Positions 45,308 through 55,035 of a DNA stretch of 64,000 bases are shown here, one piece after another. Below the pieces are notes generated by a model that had not been told where the DNA came from, made no database searches, and saw nothing but the letters and a program-made list of their open reading frames with translations. The position numbers were made by a program, and so were the translations under genes. The first letter of the stretch is position 1; each line of letters begins with the position of its first letter. The DNA comes from an uncultured Chloroflexia bacterium. GTDB taxonomy: Bacteria > Chloroflexota > Limnocylindria > QHBO01. The DNA lies in contig CAVXEH010000002.1 of NCBI GenBank assembly GCA_963760875.1, forward strand, positions 263,358 to 327,357, read 5' to 3'.

Positions 45308-47311
45308 TCAGACGGCTTCGGCCAGGGGCTCGCTGAACTGGCTCTGGTACAGGTCGGCGTAGAAGCCACCCCGCGCCATGAGGGAATCGTGGGATCCCTG
45401 CTCCACGATCCTGCCGTGGTTCATGACCAGGATCTCGTCGGCGCTGCGGATGGTGGACAGCCGATGGGCGATCACGAAGCTGGTCCGCCCCTTCATCAGG
45501 CGGCTCATCGCGCGCTGGACCAGCACCTCGGTCCGGGTGTCCACCGAGCTGGTCGCCTCGTCGAGGATCAGGATCTGGGGATCGGCGAGGAACGCCCGCG
45601 CGATCGTGAGCAGCTGCTTCTCGCCCTGGGAGAGATTCGAGGCATCGTCGTCGATCACCGTGTCGTAGCCGTCCGGCATGGTGCGCACGAAGTGATCGAC
45701 ATGCGCGGCCACCGCCGCCGCCACGATCTCCTCCTCCGTCGCGTCCTCGCGCCCGTAGGCAATGTTGTCGCGGATCGTCCCGCCAAAGAGCCAGGTGTCC
45801 TGCAGCACCATGCCGAAGATACGGCGCAGACCCTCCCGCGTCAGCGAGCGGGTGTCGACGCCCTCGACCCGGATGGCGCCGCCGTCGATCTCGTAGAAGC
45901 GCATGAGCAGGTTGACGACGGTCGTCTTGCCGGCGCCGGTGGGTCCCACGATGGCGACCATCTCGCCCGGATCGACCCGAACGTTGAGGTCGTCGATGAG
46001 CGGCACGTCAGGGTCGTAGCGGAACGAGACGTCCTCCAGGGCCACCGCACCGGTGACCGCCGGCAGGACGGCCGGCGCGGCGACATCGGGCTCCTGCTCC
46101 GCCTCGTCGAGCAGCTCGAAGACCCGCTCGGCGGAGGCGACCGTCGACTGCAGCACGTTCATGATGCTCGCGGTCTGGGCGATGGGCATGGTGAACTGGC
46201 GCGAGTACTGGATGAAGGCCTGGACGTCGCCCAGGGTCATGGCCCCGGAGGCGACCTGCAGCCCGCCCACCACGGCGATCGCCACGTAGTTCAGGTTGCT
46301 GATCAGCTGCATGGTGGGCTGGATGATCCCGGAGATGAACTGCGCGCGGAAGCTGGCCTGGTAGAGCGTCTCGTTCTGCGCCTCGAAGTGGTCGATGGCC
46401 TCCTGGCGGTGACCGAAGAGGTTCACGACGGCGTGGCCGGTATGGGTCTCCTCGACGTGTCCGGTCAGCTCGCCGGTCTCCTTCCACTGGGCCGCAAACT
46501 GGACCTGCGATCGCTTCGCGATCAACGTGGTGGCCGCGGCCGCGAGCGGCAGGACCAGGAGCGAGAAGAGCGCCAGCAGCGGGCTGATGGTGAGCATCAT
46601 GATCAGCACGCCCAGGAGGGTGCACACCGCGGTGATGATCTGGGCCAGGCTCTGCTGCAGGGTGTTGGCGATGTTGTCGATGTCGTTGGTGACCCGGCTC
46701 AGGATGTCGCCGCGCGAGTGGCCGTCGTAGTACCGCAGCGGCAGGCGCCCGAGCTTCCGATCGACCTCGCGACGGAGCCGGTACACGGTCCGCTGCGAGA
46801 CGCCGGCCATGATGTACATGCTCAGCCACTGGAAGACCGAGCTGATCACGTAGACCCCGGCCAGGATGGCGAGGATGGTCCCCACCGCATGGAAGTCGAC
46901 ACCCACGCCGATGGTGACGTGCATCCCGGAGAGCATGTCGGCCAGCTGTCCCTGGCCCCGACCGCGGAGCGTCTGCTCGACCTGCGCCTGGCTGGTCCCC
47001 GTCGGGAAGAACTGGCCCAGCTGCCTGCCGATGAGCCCTTCGAAGAGCTTGTCCGTGGCATTGGCCAGGATCCGCGGGCCGGCGACCTGGGCCGCGACGC
47101 CCGCGATGGCCAGGCCCACGACCACCACCACTTTCGGAGCCTCCGGCCGCAGTTGGCCGGCGAGGCGGCGCAGCGATCCCCGGAAGTTGCGGGCCTTCTC
47201 CCCCGGCATGGCCATGCCGCGCATGGGCCCGAACCCGTGGCCCATGGGGCCGCGACGCGGTCCTGCCGCGGGGCGGTTCGCCGAGCCTGGCGCAGGACGC
47301 GGGCCGCTCAT
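45308..47311 (-). CDS. Heterodimeric ABC exporter, subunit B (TMD+NBD, TM288-like)
   Basis: GPTGAGKTT, LSQGEKQL, LILDEATSS and IAHRLST motifs. Confidence 0.94.
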   Translation of the reverse strand: MSGPRPAPGSANRPAAGPRRGPMGHGFGPMRGMAMPGEKARNFRGSLRRLAGQLRPEAPKVVVVVGLAIAGVAAQVAGPRILANATDKLFEGLIGRQLGQFFPTGTSQAQVEQTLRGRGQGQLADMLSGMHVTIGVGVDFHAVGTILAILAGVYVISSVFQWLSMYIMAGVSQRTVYRLRREVDRKLGRLPLRYYDGHSRGDILSRVTNDIDNIANTLQQSLAQIITAVCTLLGVLIMMLTISPLLALFSLLVLPLAAAATTLIAKRSQVQFAAQWKETGELTGHVEETHTGHAVVNLFGHRQEAIDHFEAQNETLYQASFRAQFISGIIQPTMQLISNLNYVAIAVVGGLQVASGAMTLGDVQAFIQYSRQFTMPIAQTASIMNVLQSTVASAERVFELLDEAEQEPDVAAPAVLPAVTGAVALEDVSFRYDPDVPLIDDLNVRVDPGEMVAIVGPTGAGKTTVVNLLMRFYEIDGGAIRVEGVDTRSLTREGLRRIFGMVLQDTWLFGGTIRDNIAYGREDATEEEIVAAAVAAHVDHFVRTMPDGYDTVIDDDASNLSQGEKQLLTIARAFLADPQILILDEATSSVDTRTEVLVQRAMSRLMKGRTSFVIAHRLSTIRSADEILVMNHGRIVEQGSHDSLMARGGFYADLYQSQFSEPLAEAV

Positions 47312-49038
47312 GCGGCCTCCTCCCGGGTCAGCTGCGAGTAGACGATCTCGCGGTACGTCTCGCAGCCCTCCAGGAGCTGCGCGTGGGTACCGATCCCGGC
47401 GATCCGGCCGCGGTCCAGGACCACGATCCGCTCCGCGTGCATGATGGTTCCCACCCGCTGCGCGACGATGATCACGGTGGCGTCACGGGTCTGCTCGCGC
47501 AGCGCCGCGCGCAGCAGCGCATCGGTCCGGAAGTCGAGCGCGCTGAAGCTGTCGTCGAACAGGTAGATGCGCGGACGCTTGACGATGGCCCGGGCGATGG
47601 CCAGGCGCTGCCGCTGGCCGCCGGAGACGTTGCTGCCGCCCTGGTCGATCACCGCCTCGAGGCCTTCGGGCATCTCCGAGACGAAGTCCCGGGCCTGGGC
47701 GATCTCCAGCGCGTCCCAGAGGTCCGCGTCCGTGGCGTCCGGGTCGCCGTAGCGCAGGTTGCCGGCGACCGTGCCGCTGAAGAGGAATGCCTTCTGCGGC
47801 ACGTCACCCACCAGGCGCCAGAGGTCCTCCTTGCGGAGCTGGCGGATGTCGACGCCGTCCACCGTGATGCTGCCTTCGGTGACGTCGTAGGCCCGCGTCA
47901 GCAGGTTGATGAGCGTGGTCTTGCCGCTGCCGGTGGAACCGATGATGGCCGTGGTGGCGCCGGGCTCCGCAGCGAAGGTGATGCCACTGAGGACCGCGTC
48001 CTCCGCGTGCGGATAGCGAAACTCGACGCCACGAAACTCGACGAGGCCGCGCGGCCGCGCGAGCTCGACCGGGCGCTCCGGGTCGAGGAGGCTGGTGGGC
48101 GTGTCCAGGACCTCGGCGATGCGCTCGCCGGACGCCGCGGCGCGCGGGACCATGACGAACATCACCGTCGCCATCATCACCGCGAACAGGATCTGCATCA
48201 CGTACTGGATGAAGGCGATGAGGTTGCCGATGGGCATCTGGCCGGCGTCGATGCGCAGGCCGCCGAACCACATGATGGCCACCATCGACAGGTTCAGGAT
48301 CAGGAAGAGGGCCGGGATCATGAGCGCGAACAGCCGGTTCACGCGCAGGGCCGTATCGGTCAGGTCCAGGTTGGCCTTGTCGAAACGACGCTCCTCGTAG
48401 TCGGTACGGACGAAGGCGCGGATGACGCGCACGCCCGAGAGCTTCTCGCGCATGACCTGGTTGATGCGGTCGACCTTGACCTGCATGGCGCGGAAGAGGG
48501 GGAGCGCGCGGACGGCCAATGTGCCGATGACGGCCGCCATCAGCGGGATGATGAGGAGCAGGAGCCCGGAGAGCGGCACGTCCTCGCGGAGGGCCATGAT
48601 CACGCCGCCCACCGACATGATGGGCGCCATGACCATCACCGTCAGGGACATGACCAGCACCATCTGGACCTGCTGCACGTCGTTCGTGTTGCGGGTGATG
48701 AGGGACGGCGTCCCGAAGCGGTTGATCTCGCGCTGCGAGAAGCCCATCACCGTCCGATACACGTCGCCGCGCACGTCGCGGCCGAAGGCCATGGCGGTCC
48801 GTGCGCCGTAGTAGACGGCCACGATGGCGCACGCGGCCAGCCCGACGGTGACGAGGAGCATGAATCCTCCCGTCCGCATGATGTAGCCGGTGTCGCCCTT
48901 CGCCACGCCGTTGTTGACGATGTCCCCCATCAGGCTGGGCAGGTAGAGGTTGCCGATGGCCTGCGCCGAGACGAGACCGATGACCAGCAGGAGCGGCCAC
49001 CGATACGGCCGCAGGTAGCGGACGAGCAGCCTGATCAC
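47308..49038 (-). CDS. Heterodimeric ABC exporter, subunit A (TM287-like, degenerate Walker B DDS)
   Basis: GSTGSGKTT, VSGGQRQR, LFDDSFSALD and VAQR motifs. Confidence 0.94.
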   Translation of the reverse strand: MIRLLVRYLRPYRWPLLLVIGLVSAQAIGNLYLPSLMGDIVNNGVAKGDTGYIMRTGGFMLLVTVGLAACAIVAVYYGARTAMAFGRDVRGDVYRTVMGFSQREINRFGTPSLITRNTNDVQQVQMVLVMSLTVMVMAPIMSVGGVIMALREDVPLSGLLLLIIPLMAAVIGTLAVRALPLFRAMQVKVDRINQVMREKLSGVRVIRAFVRTDYEERRFDKANLDLTDTALRVNRLFALMIPALFLILNLSMVAIMWFGGLRIDAGQMPIGNLIAFIQYVMQILFAVMMATVMFVMVPRAAASGERIAEVLDTPTSLLDPERPVELARPRGLVEFRGVEFRYPHAEDAVLSGITFAAEPGATTAIIGSTGSGKTTLINLLTRAYDVTEGSITVDGVDIRQLRKEDLWRLVGDVPQKAFLFSGTVAGNLRYGDPDATDADLWDALEIAQARDFVSEMPEGLEAVIDQGGSNVSGGQRQRLAIARAIVKRPRIYLFDDSFSALDFRTDALLRAALREQTRDATVIIVAQRVGTIMHAERIVVLDRGRIAGIGTHAQLLEGCETYREIVYSQLTREEAA

Positions 49039-49553
49039 GATGGGATCTCGCGTCCGGGCGCGGACTCATCTGCCAGCGCTGCCATGAGCCGCTCGCGTGC
49101 GCCGCGGATGGCGCGAATGCCCTTCAGGAAGCCCTCGACCTCGTCCGGGCTCATCTCCGCCAGGATCCTGCGCAGCCGCTCGCGGCGCTGCTCGATGATC
49201 TGGCGGGAGACGGCCGTGCCGTTCTCGGTGAGGTGGATGGCGACGACGCGGCGGTCGTCCTCGGCGCGACGTCGCTCCACGAGCCCGCGCTCCTCCATTC
49301 GGTCGATGATCCCGGTGGCGCTCGCCTGCGAGACGTCCAGGGCCTCCGCGACGGCGCTCATGGGCAGCGCGCCCCGGGATTCGAGCAGCGCCAGCACGGA
49401 AAGATGGACGAGGCTCAGGGCTCCCCGGTGCCAGGCCGTGAACATCCTGAGCCGGTCACCGGCACCCCAGTCGGTGAGCTCGTCGAGGACCTCGTCCGCC
49501 GGCGGGCGTGCTCCGGAGGCCGTGCTTTGCTTGGGGCGTACATTCAATGGCAC
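49035..49553 (-). CDS. MarR family regulator of the ABC exporter operon
   Basis: VAEALDVSQASATGIIDRMEERGLVER...DDRR. Confidence 0.9.
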   Translation of the reverse strand: MPLNVRPKQSTASGARPPADEVLDELTDWGAGDRLRMFTAWHRGALSLVHLSVLALLESRGALPMSAVAEALDVSQASATGIIDRMEERGLVERRRAEDDRRVVAIHLTENGTAVSRQIIEQRRERLRRILAEMSPDEVEGFLKGIRAIRGARERLMAALADESAPGREIPS

Positions 49554-49559
49554 GCCGAA

Positions 49560-49587
49560 AGTATATGTAACCTTAAGGGCTTGTCAA
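49560..49587 (-). promoter_or_regulatory. Near-consensus sigma70 promoter TTGACA-N16-TATACT with a palindromic CCTTAAGG (49571-49578) operator candidate; leaderless start
   Basis: Minus strand reads gTTGACAagcccttaaggttacaTATACTttcggcGTG. Confidence 0.75.
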
Positions 49588-49654
49588 CGGAGCGCGCGCC
49601 TGCCGCGCCGGAGCCGGCCGAGTGCCTGCGCTCCCACCCGTCGGAGACAGGCCG

Positions 49655-50245
49655 TCACCGGCGGGCGAGGCGCTCCGTGAGCCGGGCCTTCACGGCCGGC
49701 CACTCGTCATCGAGGATCGAGTAGTACACGGTGTCGCGGATGAAGCCGTCCGCCACGCGCAGGTGGCGGCGCAGGACGCCCTCGCGCACGCCGCCGATCC
49801 GTTCGATCGCAGCCTGGGACTGCAGGTTGCGGGCATCGGTCTTGAGCGCCACGCGCGTCGCACCCAGGGTGTCGAAGGCGTACCCCAGCTGGAGCAGCTT
49901 GGCCTCGGTGTTGACCGGGGTCCGCTGCCAGGAGGGAGCGATCCAGGTCCAGCCGATCTCGACCCTCCCGTCCGCCGGCGAGATGTCCCCGAAGCGGGTG
50001 GATCCCACCGCGCGGCCGGAGGCACGCTCGATGGTGGCCCAGGCGACGTAGCGTCCCGCGTCGACGCCGTCGAGCGCCTCCGCCAGCCAGGCGTCCCAGC
50101 CGTGCGTGGGGATGTTCGTCCCCATGTAGCGGAAGATGGCCGAGTCCTCCGCGGCCGCGGCCACGAGGTCGTCGCGGTGCCTGGGGCCAAGGGGCTCCAG
50201 CCGGACGTGCGCGCCTTCGAGGGAGATCGGCTCCGGCGTCTTCAT
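49655..50245 (-). CDS. GNAT acetyltransferase, RimJ/RimL family
   Basis: VRLEPL, VEIGWTW, NTEAKLL, KTDARN..SQAAIERIG..EGVLR motifs. Confidence 0.9.
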   Translation of the reverse strand: MKTPEPISLEGAHVRLEPLGPRHRDDLVAAAAEDSAIFRYMGTNIPTHGWDAWLAEALDGVDAGRYVAWATIERASGRAVGSTRFGDISPADGRVEIGWTWIAPSWQRTPVNTEAKLLQLGYAFDTLGATRVALKTDARNLQSQAAIERIGGVREGVLRRHLRVADGFIRDTVYYSILDDEWPAVKARLTERLARR

Positions 50246-50251
50246 ACGCGC

Positions 50252-51952
50252 TCAGGCGTTGCCCGCGCGGGCCGCGACTTCGGCCTCGACCCATGCCGGG
50301 ATCTCCCGCCGCAGCGTCTCCAGCGGCAGCGATCCATGCGCGAGCACCTGGTCGTGGAAGGCACGGACGTCGAAGTGTTCCCCCATCCGTCCGGAGACCT
50401 CGTCCCGGGCCCGTTCGATCTCGCGCTGGCCCAGCTTGTAGGCCAGGGCCTGGCCGGGCCAGATCGTGTAGCGATCCACCTCGATCTCGGCGTCGACCAT
50501 GGGGAGCGCGCCGCGCTCGTGCATGAAGCGGATGGCGCGTTCGCGATCCCAGCCCATGGCGTGCAGCCCGGAGTCGACCACCAGGCGCGAGGCGCGGAAC
50601 GCCTGGGTTTCGAGCATGCCCACGCGCTCCTGCTCGCTGGCGTACAGGCCCATCTCGTCGGCCAGCCGCTCGGCATAGAGCCCCCAGCCCTCGGCGTAGG
50701 CCACGCCTGCCATCCGCGAGCCCAGGCGCCGAAACACGTTGAGGTGGTCCAGCTCCATCTCGATCCCGATCTGGAAGTGATGGCCGGGCGTCGCCTCGTG
50801 GAAGGTGATGGCCGCGATCTTGTGGAGCAGCCGGTCGTGCGGCTGGTAGGTGTTGAGGTAGTACTGGCCCTGGCGCGATCCGTCGATGGTGGGGGGCATG
50901 TAGAAGGCCGGCGGCGACTCCCGCTCCCGATAGGCCTCCACCGCCATCACCACGCAGTCCGCCTTCGGCAGCCGGCCGAAGTAGCGCGGCGCGGCGGCGT
51001 AGGCGCGCTGCGTCTGCTCCCGTGCCATGCGGATGATGACGTCCGGGTCATCGGTCCGGTTCGCCGGATCATCGGCCAGGGCGGCGTCCAGCGCGAAGCG
51101 GTCGGCGTGGCCCAGCCGGCGGGCGACGTCGTCCTTCTCGGACTCGATCCGGTCGAGATCGGAGAGCCCGAAGGCGTGCACCTCCTCCGCCGTGGCGGCC
51201 AGGCTCGTCTGCGTGCGGATCGCCAGCCGATACGCCGCCTCCCCGCCGGGCGTGCCGGAGATGCCGGGCATGGGTCGCGCATGCGGCTGGTACTCGTCGG
51301 CGAGGAAGTCGCGGTAGCGCCGGATCGCGGGCATCACCACCTCCGCGGTGGCCTCGGAGACCTGCTCGCGGGCCGCGTCGTCGGCCACCCGTGCGATCTG
51401 CACCGCGGGGGACTCGGCGGGCGGCGTGGCCAGGATGCGGTCGATCTGCTCGATGGCACGCCGCACCGGGACCGCGGCCGAGGTGCGGCCATCGGCCAGG
51501 CCCTCGCGCAGGCGGCCGATCTGCTGCTCGATCAACCGCGGGTAGGCGCGGTATCGGGCAAGCAGCTTCTCCAGGCGCTCGGGCGTGCCGGCGTCCTGGT
51601 ACTGGGCGATGGTGACCGGCAGCGTCTGCACGCCCCAGATGTGGTCGACGGCAAGCTGGTACTGCTTCGCGTCGAGCAGCTCGAGACCGTTGCGAGCCAC
51701 CAGCAGCACCATGTCGCGGGTGATGACCTGCTCCGTGTCGAGGGTGCCCGGGTCGATCGCCTCCGCGTCGGCGATCACGCTGCGCGAGAGGGCTGCCTCG
51801 GCGGCGAGTCCTTCCGGGCCGAGGTCGGGCAGCCGGTCGTCGTAGCGGTCGTCACCCAGGATCGTGGCCTGCAGCGGATCGAGCCGCAGGATGCCCTCCC
51901 AGAAGCGCGTCGCGAGGTCGTTGACGGTGTCGTTGGGGTCGGCAGCGGACAA
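50252..51952 (-). CDS. DUF885 family protein (putative metallopeptidase)
   Basis: PAFYMPP, HEATPGHHFQ, YAEGWGLY, RLVVDSGLH and PGQALAYKLG motifs. Confidence 0.9.
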   Translation of the reverse strand: MSAADPNDTVNDLATRFWEGILRLDPLQATILGDDRYDDRLPDLGPEGLAAEAALSRSVIADAEAIDPGTLDTEQVITRDMVLLVARNGLELLDAKQYQLAVDHIWGVQTLPVTIAQYQDAGTPERLEKLLARYRAYPRLIEQQIGRLREGLADGRTSAAVPVRRAIEQIDRILATPPAESPAVQIARVADDAAREQVSEATAEVVMPAIRRYRDFLADEYQPHARPMPGISGTPGGEAAYRLAIRTQTSLAATAEEVHAFGLSDLDRIESEKDDVARRLGHADRFALDAALADDPANRTDDPDVIIRMAREQTQRAYAAAPRYFGRLPKADCVVMAVEAYRERESPPAFYMPPTIDGSRQGQYYLNTYQPHDRLLHKIAAITFHEATPGHHFQIGIEMELDHLNVFRRLGSRMAGVAYAEGWGLYAERLADEMGLYASEQERVGMLETQAFRASRLVVDSGLHAMGWDRERAIRFMHERGALPMVDAEIEVDRYTIWPGQALAYKLGQREIERARDEVSGRMGEHFDVRAFHDQVLAHGSLPLETLRREIPAWVEAEVAARAGNA

Positions 51953-52045
51953 GGTGGCACCTCGATGCGGCGTTGCGGGAATCGGGGCGTGCGGCCCCGC
52001 GATTGGTTGCTCCCGGGAGTGTATCGCGCGTGCCGGCGCGGTGCC

Positions 52046-53143
52046 TCAGGAGCGGGGGGCCCCGAAAAGATCGGCGAGCAGTGCCGGGGGTGTCTCGTCC
52101 AGCTGGTCGTAACGGCACTCGGCGGGAGGCTTGTCCGGACGCCAGCGCTGGAACGTCGCCGCGTGCCGGAAGCGGTCGCCCTGGAGGTGGTCGAAGGCGA
52201 CCTCCGCGACGAGCTCCGGCCGAAGCGGTTCCCAGGAGAGATCCTTGCCGCGGTTCCATCGGCTCGTCGCCCCGGGCAGCCGGCGCCCCTCCGCCGCGGC
52301 CTGCTCCTCCCATTCACGCCACTGCCGCCACGGGTGGTCCTCGAGGGCATGCTCCCGGTAGGGCGCCAGCAGCTCCACCAGCTCCGCGCGCTTGACGTTG
52401 GTGAACGACGAGGTGACGCCCACGTGCTGGAGGTGCCCCTCCGCGTTCCACAGGCCGAGCAGAAGTGACCCGACCAGGGTTCCGGGCCCGTTCTTGTGCC
52501 AGCGGAAGCCGGCGACGACGCAGTCGGCCGTCCGCTGGTGCTTGATCTTGGCCATCTCCCGCTTGCCGGGGGCGTAGGGCCGGTCCTCTCGCTTGGCCAC
52601 GACCCCGTCCAGCCCGGCCCCCTCGAAGACCTCGAACCAGGTCCGGGCCACCGACGGGTCGTCACTGGACGGGGTCAGCAGGACCGATGGCGGCGGATCC
52701 GCGAGCAGGGCCAGGAGGTGGCGGCGACGCTCCGCGAAGGGGGCGTCCCGCAGGTCGGCGTCGCCATCGGCCAGGCAGTCGAAGGCCACGAAGCTGGCAG
52801 GCGTCTCGGCGGCGAGCATGGCGACCCGCGATGCGGCCGGGTGGATGCGCAGGAGCAGCGCGTCGAAGTCCAGCGCGCCGCCACGGGCGATCACGATCTC
52901 GCCATCCAGGACCCAGCGCGCATCCGGTCCGCCCAATGCCAGCAGCGGACCTTCGAGCTCAGGGAAGTAGCGGTTGAGCGGACGCAGGTCGCGGGACTGG
53001 ACGTGGAGCCGGCGGCCATCGCGGAAGACGATGGCTCGGAAGCCATCCCACTTCGGCTCATAGATCCAGCCCGGCCCGTCGGGGATCGCCGGGGTGGGCT
53101 TCGCCAGCATGGGCTCGATGGGTGGCTCGACCGGGTATGCCAT
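52046..53143 (-). CDS. ligC: ATP-dependent DNA ligase, LigC type
   Basis: PMLAK, YEPKWDGFR (motif I), LDGEIV, EGAGLDGVVAK, KIKHQRTADCVVAGFR and RFRH motifs. TATCAT lies 6 nt before the ATG. Confidence 0.9.
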   Translation of the reverse strand: MAYPVEPPIEPMLAKPTPAIPDGPGWIYEPKWDGFRAIVFRDGRRLHVQSRDLRPLNRYFPELEGPLLALGGPDARWVLDGEIVIARGGALDFDALLLRIHPAASRVAMLAAETPASFVAFDCLADGDADLRDAPFAERRRHLLALLADPPPSVLLTPSSDDPSVARTWFEVFEGAGLDGVVAKREDRPYAPGKREMAKIKHQRTADCVVAGFRWHKNGPGTLVGSLLLGLWNAEGHLQHVGVTSSFTNVKRAELVELLAPYREHALEDHPWRQWREWEEQAAAEGRRLPGATSRWNRGKDLSWEPLRPELVAEVAFDHLQGDRFRHAATFQRWRPDKPPAECRYDQLDETPPALLADLFGAPRS

Positions 53144-53223
53144 GGGCCGATGATACGGACATCCGGCAGGCGGGGCGTGCACCCGGCATCGAACCCCCGC
53201 GGGCATCGTCATACTTCGCAGCC

Positions 53224-54741
53224 ATGAGCATTGCGATCCAGTTCCTGGGCGCGGTCGGCACGGTGACCGGCAGCCAGTACCTCGTCACCTGCGGCGACCA
53301 TCGGATCCTCGTCGACTGCGGCATGTTCCAGGGCTCCCCGGAGGAGGTGAGCCGCAACCGCATGCCGTTCGCCTACGACCCGGGCACGGTCGAGGCGCTC
53401 CTCGTGACCCATGCGCACCTGGACCACTGCGGCCGGATCCCGGCCCTGGTCAAGGCCGGCTTCGGAGGTCCCATCCACGCCACCGGCGGCACCCTGGACC
53501 TCACCGAGATCGTGCTGCGCGACTCGGCGAAGCTCCAGGAGGAGGCCGAGCAGCGCTGGCTCCGTCGCCACCCCGAGGCGGCGCCTGCGACGGAGGGGAC
53601 GGTCGACGCATCCACCCTCGACGACGAGGAGATGCCACGCCGCCTCCGCGAGGCGCAGCCGGAGGCCCACACCACCACGCGCACGGCGATCTATCGGACC
53701 GAGGACGTGGAGCAGACGATCCCGCTCTTCGCGCCGGTGGACTACGAGACCCCGCTGGAGGTGATCCCCGGCGTGACCGCCATCTTCCACGACGCCGGCC
53801 ACATCCTGGGCTCGGCCATCATCGAGCTGCGCCTGGCCGATGGCGGCGCCACCACGACCGTCGTCTTCTCCGGCGACCTGGGCCGTCGCGACACGCCAAT
53901 CCTTCGCGACCCAACCCCGCTGTCCCATGCGGACTTCCTTCTCGTGGAATCGACGTACGGCAACCGGGAGCACGCCCCCATGGCCCAGTCCGTCGACGAG
54001 CTTGCCGCCGCGGTGAGCGAGGTGGCCGGCGATCGCGGCGTGCTCCTCATCCCGTCGTTCGCCATCGGCCGAACCCAGGAGCTGGTCTGGGAGCTCGACC
54101 GCCTCCTGCGTGATGGCCGCATCCCGCACGTCCCGCTCTACCTGGACTCGCCGATGGCCAGCCGCGCGAGCGACGTGTACGACCGCCATCCGGAGACGTA
54201 CGACGACGAGACGGCCGCGCTCCTGCGCTCCGGAGACTCGCCGCTGACCTACCCCGGAGAGGAGTACACCAACGAGGTGGATGCCTCCAAGGCCATCCGC
54301 ACCAAGCCACGCCCGATCATGGTGGTGGCCTCCTCCGGGATGCTGACCGGTGGCCGCATCCTGCACCACCTCAAGGAGTTCCTGCCCGACCCGGCCTGCA
54401 CCCTGCTGTTCATCGGCTACCAGGGCGAGGGGACGCTGGGCTATGCGATCCAGCACGGGGCGAAGGAAGCCCATATCGACCACGAGGCCTACCCGGTCCG
54501 CTGCCGGGTCCGTTCGATCTCCGGCTTCTCCGCGCATGCCGACGAGCACGAGCTGGAGGACTGGGTCCGCGGGTTTGCGGCCAGCGGGGGCTCGACCGGC
54601 GCCGATGGAGCTCCAAAGCGGGTGTTCGTCGTCCACGGGGACCCGGACGCGGCGCAGGCCTTCGGAAATCGGATCCATGCGGATCTCGGGTTCGACGTCC
54701 ACCTGCCTACATACCGCGAGTCGGTGGTCCTCCGCCCCTGA
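53224..54741 (+). CDS. Metallo-beta-lactamase / beta-CASP nuclease (RNA-metabolising family)
   Basis: THAHLDHCG, DAGHILGS, FSGDLG, ESTYG and FSAHAD motifs. Confidence 0.92.
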   Translation: MSIAIQFLGAVGTVTGSQYLVTCGDHRILVDCGMFQGSPEEVSRNRMPFAYDPGTVEALLVTHAHLDHCGRIPALVKAGFGGPIHATGGTLDLTEIVLRDSAKLQEEAEQRWLRRHPEAAPATEGTVDASTLDDEEMPRRLREAQPEAHTTTRTAIYRTEDVEQTIPLFAPVDYETPLEVIPGVTAIFHDAGHILGSAIIELRLADGGATTTVVFSGDLGRRDTPILRDPTPLSHADFLLVESTYGNREHAPMAQSVDELAAAVSEVAGDRGVLLIPSFAIGRTQELVWELDRLLRDGRIPHVPLYLDSPMASRASDVYDRHPETYDDETAALLRSGDSPLTYPGEEYTNEVDASKAIRTKPRPIMVVASSGMLTGGRILHHLKEFLPDPACTLLFIGYQGEGTLGYAIQHGAKEAHIDHEAYPVRCRVRSISGFSAHADEHELEDWVRGFAASGGSTGADGAPKRVFVVHGDPDAAQAFGNRIHADLGFDVHLPTYRESVVLRP

Positions 54742-54782
54742 CCCCCGGATACGGCCGGGAAGATGCTGCCGGAGCCGGTGCG

Positions 54783-54833
54783 TGTGGACAACGCGTGGAT
54801 AACGTCCACAGATTCGTCGAATTTGGTGGACAA
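54783..54833. promoter_or_regulatory. Cluster of four DnaA-box-like 9-mers
   Basis: Reverse complements read TTGTCCACA (54783-91), TTATCCACG (54794-802) and TTGTCCACC (54825-33); forward ACGTCCACA (54802-10). Confidence 0.45.
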
Positions 54834-54894
54834 CTCCCCTAGGCAGAACGTGGTGGGCGCCGTATCGTTAAGGGCGTCCCGGAGGAGCCGGACC

Positions 54895-55026
54895 GTGGCC
54901 CTGGAGATTGCATCAAGGGGTCGCTGGCCAGGTTCCTTCGGGACATTTGCATGCCCCGAAGAAGGGCAGGTCGCGGCCGACTCGCTCACCGTCATCGGGA
55001 CCGCACCGGTTCCGTCGGCGCCATAG
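54895..55026 (+). CDS. Candidate 43-aa small ORF
   Basis: GGAGG at 54881-85, 9 nt before a GTG; TATCGT -10 at 54863-68. No recognisable homology. Confidence 0.25.
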   Translation: MALEIASRGRWPGSFGTFACPEEGQVAADSLTVIGTAPVPSAP

Positions 55027-55035
55027 CCGAGACGC

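Noticed and set aside
43364-53143. Canonical Ku-LigD NHEJ system
   Set aside because: No Ku and no multidomain LigD in the window; the ligase is LigC-like.
54783-54833. Replication origin (oriC)
   Set aside because: No dnaA or dnaN nearby, no AT-rich unwinding element, and only four boxes. Kept only as a possible regulatory cluster.
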